Source of the DNA: Prolixibacteraceae bacterium
Lineage (GTDB): Bacteria; Bacteroidota; Bacteroidia; Bacteroidales; Prolixibacteraceae
Reading direction: 5' to 3'
DNA: 64,000 bases
Assembly (NCBI GenBank): GCA_036504555.1
Contig: DASXUZ010000080.1
Coordinates: 4,003-68,002, forward strand
Shown piece after piece: positions 56,839 to 64,000 of this stretch. The position numbers and the translations under genes are program-made. The notes beneath the pieces are model-generated. The model made no database searches, was not told the origin of the DNA, and saw only the letters and a list, made by a program, of their open reading frames with translations. Positions within the stretch are counted from its first letter, which is position 1. Each line of letters opens with the position of its first letter.

Positions 56839-58179
56839 TTATTTCTTCACTTTAAACAACTCTTTTTCATCCACCTTTTTTACCTGTGTACTATCATTGA
56901 GCAATTTATTGATGGCATTAAAAGGAGCAACCACTATTTCATCTCCTGCTTTTAAACCTTCCAGTATTTCGATGTTCTCGCTATCCTGGATACCAGTCTT
57001 TACGGGTTGCTTGAATACTTTGCCTTCTTTGTACACAAATACCACTTCTACCTTTTCATCATCCTTTGATTTGGGTCCCTGGGTGGTAACCGCTTCAGTT
57101 TCGCCTTCAGGCTTTTCTTCGTCGTCCTTTTTAACTTCTTCCTTCACATTGCTCTTCAGTGAACGGGTGGTGACTGCCTGGATAGGTACCGAAATCACAT
57201 TCTTCCTGGTTTCAGTCTGAATATCGACTGTTGCCGACATACCGGGCCTGAAAGGATATTTCTTGCCTGAAACAGTATCGGTTAAATCTTTATAGGAGCT
57301 GTCGAGCAACAGGATTTTCACATTAAAATTGGTCACCTGGTCCGTTGAACCACCTACCACGTTGGCAGAATTGGCAATTTCGGTCACAATTCCCTTAAAC
57401 TTGCGGCCCAGGTAAGCATCCACTTCAACCAAAGCTGTATCGTTGAGGTTAACGCGGACAATATCATTCTCATTCACATCAACCTTGACTTCCATCAGGT
57501 GAAGATTGGCGATCACCAGCAATTCGGTTCCGGCATACATATTGGTCCCTACCACGCGTTCGCCCTTTTCCACATTCTTGCGTGAAACGGTTCCATCCAT
57601 GGGGGCATAAATCTTGGTTTTCACCAGCTGTTCCTGTGCCTCTGCCACCGATGCTTCAGCCGACTTAACGGCAAACTCTGCAGCCTTTACTTCCGACTGG
57701 GCCACTTTAAAGGAAGCCTGTGAGGTTTCAAAGTCTGAGACCGCAATGGCGGCTTGCTTGAACAAGGAATTGGAACGTTTAAAAGCCATATCGCTTTCAA
57801 TCAAACGGGCATCGGCCTGGGCCAATCGGGCCTGTGATGAGCTCAAACTTGCATTTGCCCTGTTGAGCGACTGGATGTAAATATCGGGCTTAATGACCAG
57901 CAAAAGCTCTCCTTTCTTGACTTCATCCCCTTCTTCAACGTCCATCTGGATGATTTCACCTGAAACATCGGGACTGATTTTGATTTCCGTTTCGGGCTGC
58001 ACCTTGCCATTGGCCGTGATTAACTCGGTGATGGTCTTGCTTTCAACCACCTTGGTCGATACATTAATCTCAAAGTCTTTCCCAAACCAACCTTGTTTTT
58101 TACCCACTATCAGGACAATGATCACAATTACCACCAGGATAATGATGTAAGGCAGAAATTTATTTGATTTCTTCTTCAT
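56839..58179 (-). CDS. Efflux periplasmic adaptor subunit (MacA/HlyD family)
   Basis: N-terminal TM, ANGKVQPETE.KISPDVSGEI, coiled coil, IYAPMDGTV, FRPGMSA and VISVPIQAV. Confidence 0.93.
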   Translation of the reverse strand: MKKKSNKFLPYIIILVVIVIIVLIVGKKQGWFGKDFEINVSTKVVESKTITELITANGKVQPETEIKISPDVSGEIIQMDVEEGDEVKKGELLLVIKPDIYIQSLNRANASLSSSQARLAQADARLIESDMAFKRSNSLFKQAAIAVSDFETSQASFKVAQSEVKAAEFAVKSAEASVAEAQEQLVKTKIYAPMDGTVSRKNVEKGERVVGTNMYAGTELLVIANLHLMEVKVDVNENDIVRVNLNDTALVEVDAYLGRKFKGIVTEIANSANVVGGSTDQVTNFNVKILLLDSSYKDLTDTVSGKKYPFRPGMSATVDIQTETRKNVISVPIQAVTTRSLKSNVKEEVKKDDEEKPEGETEAVTTQGPKSKDDEKVEVVFVYKEGKVFKQPVKTGIQDSENIEILEGLKAGDEIVVAPFNAINKLLNDSTQVKKVDEKELFKVKK

Positions 58180-58389
58180 TATAGATTGAATATTGAATTT
58201 GCAATATATGTATGGTTTAACTTTAAAATATTACACCCTTTCTAAAAATGTGCCTAATATTTCGAGCCGTTAAATTTAAGTGCAAAAACATTACGCGGAA
58301 TAAAATGTTATCCTTTTTTAATAATATTATTTCACGGGGGTTCGATTGATCTCCTGAATGAAAAGTTTCTGTAACAAAATACCGAGAGA

Positions 58390-59949
58390 TTGATGAACCA
58401 GGCAAATTTAAAAATTGAAACACCCCTTTCCGAACTGACCGGGAATAACGTACCACTGAAAGAGTTTCTGAATAATTTAAAGGCGAAGATGAAACTCGTT
58501 TTCCATGACCGAGCTAACATTGATCAATTGGCGATCAAACGCGGCATGCCTCCTTTTGTAATGCGTGAAATCATGAGTATGAACCCTTTATCGGTCGGAA
58601 TCCCCGCCGAATTTGGTGGCAGGGGCTGCAAAATGGAAGAGTGCATCGCCTTGCTGGCCACTGCCTCCTATGAATCCCTGGCCCTTTCGCTGACTTTTGG
58701 GATCAACTCGGCCCTGTTCCTTCAACCGGTTGCCAAATACGCACAACCTGAGGCCAAGGCTCCTGTGTTTGAACGATTCCTTCATCATCAGAACATGGGT
58801 GGCTTGATGATTACCGAACCCGATTTCGGCAGCGATGCACTGAGCATGCAGACTTCCTTTTCTGAAAAAAACGGCAAATACCATCTGAAAGGTACCAAAC
58901 ATTGGGCCGGACTGACCGGCTGGGCTGAATTCTGGCTCCTGACAGCACGTGAACGAAGCCAGGCTGGTGACCTCAAACGGGATATCGATTTCTTTATCTG
59001 TGACGTAAACAGCCCGGGACAAAACATCGTGGTTGAAGAGTTTTATGAAAATTTAGGACTTTTCCAGATCCCCTACGGGCGAAACAGGCTCGACGTTGAA
59101 ATACCAAAACTACAAAGGCTTACCCCTCATACGACAGGGGTAAAAATGATGCTCGATTTACTACACCGCAGCCGCATGCAATTTCCCGGGATGGCCATGG
59201 GATTTATCCAACGCCTGCTGGATGATTCGATCGCCCATGCCAACAACAGGCTAATTGGCGGAAGACCCCTGTTAACCTATGACCAGGTTCAGCAGCGATT
59301 GGGCCGCCTCCAGGCCTCCTACACCATCTGTTCGGCCATGTGTGCCAACAGCAGTTCAAAGGCAGGCATCGAAAACGATCTTTCACTGATCGGCTTTGAA
59401 GCCAATTCCGTCAAGAGCGTGGTGACCGACCTGATGCAGGAGGCCGCCCAATCGGCTACCCAATTGGTTGGGGCACAGGCATACAAGCTCGATCACATCG
59501 CCGGAAGAAGCATCACCGATAGCCGTCCATTCCAGATATTTGAAGGCTCGAACGACATCCTGTATGCCCAGATTTCCGAGAGCCTGGTAAAGCTGATGAA
59601 GAAATCGAAGGAAAGCAACCTGTTTCAATTCCTTCAACACTTTCACCTGACCTCCCAATCAGCCCTGTTGTTGAAAGATATGCTCGATTTTGATTTAAAC
59701 CTGGAACTGCCACAGCGCAAAATGGTGGAATTGGGCCAGATACTGGGTCGCATCGTATCATTTGAAATGGTGATCAACCTGGGCGAGAGCGGATACCGGA
59801 GTGATTTAATCGCCAATGGACTGCACTTCCTCAAACAGGAAATTGCCTCCCTATTCAAGGGATTCAATTTCAGCAATGAAATCATCGTGGTCGAAGATTA
59901 TCAGGAGGAAAGCAACTGGATGAATTTTATCCCTGCTGTTGGTTCCTGA
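58390..59949 (+). CDS. Acyl-CoA dehydrogenase family protein with C-terminal extension
   Basis: GLMITEPDFGSDA, LKGTKHW and FQIFEGSNDIL. Confidence 0.85.
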   Translation: MMNQANLKIETPLSELTGNNVPLKEFLNNLKAKMKLVFHDRANIDQLAIKRGMPPFVMREIMSMNPLSVGIPAEFGGRGCKMEECIALLATASYESLALSLTFGINSALFLQPVAKYAQPEAKAPVFERFLHHQNMGGLMITEPDFGSDALSMQTSFSEKNGKYHLKGTKHWAGLTGWAEFWLLTARERSQAGDLKRDIDFFICDVNSPGQNIVVEEFYENLGLFQIPYGRNRLDVEIPKLQRLTPHTTGVKMMLDLLHRSRMQFPGMAMGFIQRLLDDSIAHANNRLIGGRPLLTYDQVQQRLGRLQASYTICSAMCANSSSKAGIENDLSLIGFEANSVKSVVTDLMQEAAQSATQLVGAQAYKLDHIAGRSITDSRPFQIFEGSNDILYAQISESLVKLMKKSKESNLFQFLQHFHLTSQSALLLKDMLDFDLNLELPQRKMVELGQILGRIVSFEMVINLGESGYRSDLIANGLHFLKQEIASLFKGFNFSNEIIVVEDYQEESNWMNFIPAVGS

Positions 59950-59969
59950 AAAAGATGGCGCATTTTTTG

Positions 59970-59977
59970 TACTTTTG
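59970..59977 (+). promoter_or_regulatory. -7 promoter box upstream of the small GIY-YIG-like gene
   Basis: TACTTTTG matches TAnnTTTG. Confidence 0.55.
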
Positions 59978-60044
59978 CCCCCTGACCGGGACAACAGGAA
60001 TGAACCCTGCTGGGCGCTGAGGTAAAAAAAACGAATCTTATAAT

Positions 60045-60290
60045 ATGAAGTTCTATTCCTACGTTATATACTCGCAAACATCGGGTGCATTTTATTACGG
60101 TTATTTCGAAGATCTTGAAAAAGCACTCGAAATGCACAATTCAAACCTGATTTCACCCACCAAAGAGCGCGGCCCTTGGGTGCTGATGTATTCAGAAAGC
60201 TTTGAAACCCGGTTAAAAGCCATTCGGCAGATGAGTTTCTACCGATCGGTCAAAGGTCAAAGGTTTCTGAAAAATATGCTCAATTTCTAA
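60045..60290 (+). CDS. Small stand-alone GIY-YIG (UPF0213-like) protein, apparently lacking catalytic residues
   Basis: FYSYVIYS...FYYG..DLEKALEMHN...GPWVLMYSESFETRLKAIRQM follows the UPF0213 pattern. Confidence 0.8.
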   Translation: MKFYSYVIYSQTSGAFYYGYFEDLEKALEMHNSNLISPTKERGPWVLMYSESFETRLKAIRQMSFYRSVKGQRFLKNMLNF

Positions 60291-60435
60291 TCCGATGTGC
60301 TATTTTTGCAAAACTTTATAACGGAAGGTTCATCAACAAAGGTTTGTTAATAAATAATTGGTGGACCAGCTTCATTCTAAGAATTGTATGTTCGATCTTT
60401 ATTAAATTTGAAAGAAAAATTAATACGTTTAAGCC

Positions 60436-60954
60436 ATGAAAAAAATCATCTTAGTTGCTTTCACTCTTGCCCTGCTCACCAGTGGATGTAAGGTTTTCAA
60501 GTCATCTAAAAAAAGCCAGGCCGCAACCCCCAAAACAGAAACAAGCGCAGACACAAAAGTATTTTCAGTGCCCGCTCCCACCGGTGTACGCGACAATCCC
60601 ACTTCGGATACCATGTACGCACCAGCTGACAAACCCGTTGAGGGCACAGTAACCGGCAAACCCGTTTCAGTGCGCAGTGAAAATTTCACATTGACCTCTG
60701 AAGACCAGGCCGCTTATGGAAGCAAAAAATTCTTTGTCATTGTAGGTAGTTTCAGCAGCAACGAAAATGCCGGTAAATTCAAACAGGATTTAACCCAGCA
60801 GGGATTTAAGCCCATCATTCTGCACAGCGAAACTGGTTATTACAGGGTATGTGTCGACAGCTTCAACGACGAAGCAGCAGCCCGTAACCGCGTTCAGGGC
60901 ATCAGGACCCAATATCCAAAATACGCCGACAGCTGGTTACTGATCAGGAAATAA
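60436..60954 (+). CDS. SPOR-domain lipoprotein
   Basis: Lipobox LTSGC, linker, then FFVIVGSFS..NA...YYRV...A..WLL; -7 box TAAATTTG at 60403-60410. Confidence 0.92.
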   Translation: MKKIILVAFTLALLTSGCKVFKSSKKSQAATPKTETSADTKVFSVPAPTGVRDNPTSDTMYAPADKPVEGTVTGKPVSVRSENFTLTSEDQAAYGSKKFFVIVGSFSSNENAGKFKQDLTQQGFKPIILHSETGYYRVCVDSFNDEAAARNRVQGIRTQYPKYADSWLLIRK

Positions 60955-60978
60955 AAAATATTTCAGCATAAATAATCT

Positions 60979-61014
60979 AAAAAAAAGGGATATCGCAGGG
61001 TGTCCCTTTTTTTT
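60979..61014. terminator. Intrinsic terminator
   Basis: A8-GGGATATC-GCAG-GGTGTCCC-T run. Confidence 0.85.
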
Positions 61015-61172
61015 TGGCTTAAATCCTGTTGCACCGTCAGGAAAATACATGCTCCAGGATTTGAGCCAACTTACTGATCGATCATCCATTGAATAAATCC
61101 ATCCTATTTTGCCTGTCTTCAGCCTCGTGGATGGTTACATGAAGGATTCCCACCTATATGCTTATTGTTAGA

Positions 61173-61276
61173 TTCATGGTTTTTACATAGTTCGTGCATA
61201 GTTCGTGCATGCTTCGTGCATGTAGAGATATACAAACCATGCACGATTTATGCATAAATCATCTAAAAACCATGAA
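61173..61276 (+). repeat. Foldback element family 2 (104 bp), copy C, with perfect 13-bp terminal inverted repeats
   Basis: TTCATGGTTTTTA CATAGTTCGTG CATAGTTCGTG CATGCTTCGTG CATG...CATGCACGA...TAAAAACCATGAA. Confidence 0.93.
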
Positions 61277-61406
61277 CTGATCAACTGTGGAACACGGCCC
61301 AAGGCTGAATACAATAGCTGTGGATTGAGTGAAATCATCCTTCCATCAATCATCCAGGTACAATCAGATGGAGAATCAATGATGCGATCAAACTAAACTG
61401 TAGGAT

Positions 61407-62429
61407 TTACAGGGTTTTCTTCTTGGATGAATTGCGGATAACCAGGCTGGTTTTCATCACAATTTGTTGCGGAGCGGCTGTTGGATTCTTGATGCGCTCG
61501 AAAAAAAGACGGGCCGCTTCCTGTCCCATCTCGAAGGTAGGATGGGTAACCGAGGTCAGGGAAGGCTCAACGACCGTGGAATGGAATTCACCGGTGAAGC
61601 CCACCAGGGCAATATCGGTGGGAATGGTCAATCCAAATTGTTTGATTTCCCGCATGGCGGCAAAAATAACCGTGTCGTTGATCCCAAAAATGGCATCGGG
61701 ATGCTTTTTCAACCGCAGCAGTTTGCGGGTGGCAACCGAGGCATCTTCGGGACTCATGTTGCACTGGGCCACCAGCTCCTCCTCAAATGGAAGGTGACAA
61801 TCATGGAGACCCTGCAAATATCCTTCATACCTAAGTTTTGAAATACTCAACTGTGCGGGCCCATTGATGAAGGCGATCCTTCGGCAACCGTTGTCATAGA
61901 AATGACGGGTCACCTGACGGGCAGCTTCCGTATTGTCGGCCACCACGCTTGGAACCTCATCGGTACGGCATACACGATCGAAAAAAACAAGGGGGATTTC
62001 ATGGTTGACCAGCACGTCAAAATGCTCAAATGTCTGGGTCTCCTGGCTCAGGCACACGATCAGTCCTTCCACCCGTGTGTTGAGCAAATTCTTCACCGAC
62101 TCGACCTCTTTCTCAAACGATTCGCTCGAAGAGGAGATCAGGATGTAATAGCCGTTCTGCTTGGCCACATATTCGATCCCTGAAATGACGGAGGAGAAGA
62201 AATGGGTCACCAAATCAGGGACGATCACCCCGATCATGCGGGTTTCCTGCCTGAGCAATCCCATGGCCAATGGATTGGGAGTATAGTTTCTGGAGCGCGC
62301 CAGATCCTGTACTTTCCGAATCATTTCATGACTGATTTCAGGGTGATTGCGAAGCGCCCTGGAAACCGTTGAAATTGATACATTCAGTTCAGTTGCAAGA
62401 TCCTTTAATGAAACATGCCGCTTGGCCAT
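61407..62429 (-). CDS. LacI family transcriptional regulator
   Basis: SLKDLATELNVSISTVSRAL HTH, YTPNPLA.GL, IGVIVP, FDR and DAIFG.ND; -7 box TAACTTTG at 62599-62606 (minus). Confidence 0.96.
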   Translation of the reverse strand: MAKRHVSLKDLATELNVSISTVSRALRNHPEISHEMIRKVQDLARSRNYTPNPLAMGLLRQETRMIGVIVPDLVTHFFSSVISGIEYVAKQNGYYILISSSSESFEKEVESVKNLLNTRVEGLIVCLSQETQTFEHFDVLVNHEIPLVFFDRVCRTDEVPSVVADNTEAARQVTRHFYDNGCRRIAFINGPAQLSISKLRYEGYLQGLHDCHLPFEEELVAQCNMSPEDASVATRKLLRLKKHPDAIFGINDTVIFAAMREIKQFGLTIPTDIALVGFTGEFHSTVVEPSLTSVTHPTFEMGQEAARLFFERIKNPTAAPQQIVMKTSLVIRNSSKKKTL

Positions 62430-62449
62430 AAATCTTCAATTTATAATTT

Positions 62450-62518
62450 TAAACACATAGGCACAGAGAAAACATAGAAAAAGAATTAAACTATGTGGCC
62501 TATGTATCTATGTGTTTA
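62450..62518. repeat. Imperfect foldback of 9-bp units (ACACATAG-like) with a 13-bp spacer, in the lacI leader
   Basis: TAAACACATAG GCACAGAGA AAACATAG / CTATGTGG CCTATGTAT CTATGTGTTTA. Confidence 0.7.
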
Positions 62519-62672
62519 TTTTTCATCTTTTTATATTGATTCATTGTACCTTCCCATACATCGGGAGGTCTCGTTTCAATCCATTGTTGTTGAATTGACA
62601 AAGTTAGCCTATTCTAACTTTTGAGGCCTATAAATGGGGCTTAAAATATGTTCCTAAACATTTTTTAAGCCC

Positions 62673-62686
62673 TGCAAAGCTTTGCA
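62673..62686. promoter_or_regulatory. Candidate operator palindrome between lacI and the permease gene
   Basis: Perfect 14-bp palindrome TGCAAAGCTTTGCA. A second candidate, AAAACCTGGTTTT, lies near 62796. Confidence 0.3.
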
Positions 62687-62850
62687 AGGCAAGAGATATT
62701 AAAATTCACTTGGCAAATTGGATTTCTTTCATGACTTTTGAAAGGCGAAGAAGAAAGATCGGCGAAGAAAAAATCAATTGACAAATAGAATTCAAAACCT
62801 GGTTTTCGCATTAAATTTAACTATAACCTAATAAATCTATTACTTAAGAA

Positions 62851-64000
62851 ATGGAAAAGACAAAAAAAGGTCTCTTTACAACTGAAGACGGAACAAATCA
62901 TGTATTTATTTTCTTTCTGGTTGCTCTTCTGTTTACTTTGTGGGCAGTAGGTAACAGCCTGATAGACACCATGGACAAGCATTTTCAGGATTACTACCAC
63001 CTGACAAAAGCCGACTCGGCCAATGTTCAGTTTTCGCATTACCTGGGGTATTTCTTTATGGCCCTACCGGCCGGATGGTTTATTTCTAAACTTGGATATA
63101 AATGGGGGATCGTTTTAGGTCTTAGCCTGGCGGCATTGGGCTGTCTGTGGTTTTATCCGGCCACCAAGATCGACGGGTTCTGGGCTGTCCTGTTGGGCGT
63201 TTGCCTGGTCGCCATGGGCTTTTCATTCCTCGAAACGGTTGCCAATCCGTATACAACTGTTTTAGGGCATCCCAAATATGCAGCTTCCCGAATTAACCTG
63301 GCACAGTCGTTCAATGCCATTGGCTGGCCCATTGCCCCCTATATTGGCGGCTTATATTTCTACCACACTGATACATCATTGAACTCACAGCAAAATGCTG
63401 TAATTGCCCATCAGACCATGTGGATCCCTTATGTAGGGCTTGCGCTTATCATTTTGGTGCTGATTGTCGCTTTCATTAAAAGCAAGATGCCCGATGTCGT
63501 TGAACATGACCACAGTAAAAGCGATTCTGAAGAGAATACCGTCAAAGTGGATGTATTTGGCCAGCAAGGCCGGTTGTCAACCATCCTCCTATATGTTTGT
63601 GCCATTATGTTGAGTTTTGCATTGGGCATGATCGTCCGCTTCTTTGTTCAACTGTTTTACATGGACCGGGAGACGCTTGGAAATCCCGAGGCGATGGTCG
63701 CTTTAAACCACCTTTTAAAGTGGGTATTTAATATTACGACCGCTCTTATTGGCATAGGGTCCATTGTTTTCATCACGGTTAAAAGAACCAAACTGATTCA
63801 TAAAAATAGTCTGTGGTCAGCCCCTCACTTTACCGGTGCAACTATTTCACAGTTCCTTTACGTGGCAGCACAGGCAGGTATCTTCAGTTTCTTTATCAAT
63901 TACATGGTAGAAGAAGTTCCGGCAATTGGCGAAAGCATGAAATCGAGCTGGTTTATTGGTGGAGAAAATGGATCCATATTAAGGAATGGCGCATATTTCC
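62851..64000 (+). CDS. FucP-family sugar:H+ symporter (MFS), 3'-truncated by the window edge; absent from the ORF track
   Basis: Hand translation from ATG 62851: LFTLWAVGNSLIDTMDKHF, KLGYKWGIVLGL, FLETVANPY, RINLAQSFN and QFLYVAAQ; open to the window end. Confidence 0.92.
   Translation, partial: MEKTKKGLFTTEDGTNHVFIFFLVALLFTLWAVGNSLIDTMDKHFQDYYHLTKADSANVQFSHYLGYFFMALPAGWFISKLGYKWGIVLGLSLAALGCLWFYPATKIDGFWAVLLGVCLVAMGFSFLETVANPYTTVLGHPKYAASRINLAQSFNAIGWPIAPYIGGLYFYHTDTSLNSQQNAVIAHQTMWIPYVGLALIILVLIVAFIKSKMPDVVEHDHSKSDSEENTVKVDVFGQQGRLSTILLYVCAIMLSFALGMIVRFFVQLFYMDRETLGNPEAMVALNHLLKWVFNITTALIGIGSIVFITVKRTKLIHKNSLWSAPHFTGATISQFLYVAAQAGIFSFFINYMVEEVPAIGESMKSSWFIGGENGSILRNGAYF

Noticed and set aside
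14262-61276. Repeats as a CRISPR array
   Set aside because: Units are 7-11 bp and contiguous, with no unique spacers of constant length and no cas genes in the window.
61173-61276. 104-bp elements as integron attC sites
   Set aside because: The ends lack the RYYYAAC/GTTRRRY boxes, the copies do not separate co-oriented cassettes, and there is no integrase.

Overview
A 64 kb, mostly core-chromosome segment of a Bacteroidota bacterium, probably Bacteroidales/Marinilabiliales (Prolixibacteraceae-like). The lineage is inferred from a T9SS cargo protein, a PorE-like OmpA lipoprotein, a DUF5686-type outer-membrane protein, TAnnTTTG promoter boxes and AT-rich leaders without Shine-Dalgarno sites. 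It holds about 50 CDS: ispE, maeB, Trk/Ktr K+ uptake, apbE, pyrF, prfA, purM, GS type III, a DEAD-box helicase, exbB/exbD/exbD, ansA, tatD, gdhA, a LytS/LytTR pair, an anaerobic sulfatase maturase, a GH78-like hydrolase, MFS transporters, a PIF1-like helicase, Mut7-C, an acyl-CoA dehydrogenase, LacI and a FucP-like permease. There is one tRNA-Ser(GGA). I saw no CRISPR array, integrase, transposase or prophage. Two things stand out. (1) The 522-aa protein at 53062-54630 joins a DoxX/DoxD-type membrane domain, an internal twin-arginine motif, a DxxSGAT flavinylation motif and an aldo/keto-reductase-like barrel. It is a candidate single-chain, extracytosolic flavin-to-quinone oxidoreductase, and an apbE flavin transferase lies in the same window. 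(2) The intergenic DNA carries many foldback elements built from 9- or 11-bp tandem units: three exactly 104-bp copies, a two-copy family sharing the TGCACGA core with them, and a perfect 59-bp-arm palindrome. In-phase 7/8-bp arrays also occur. Product calls come from motif recognition by eye; no database search was run.
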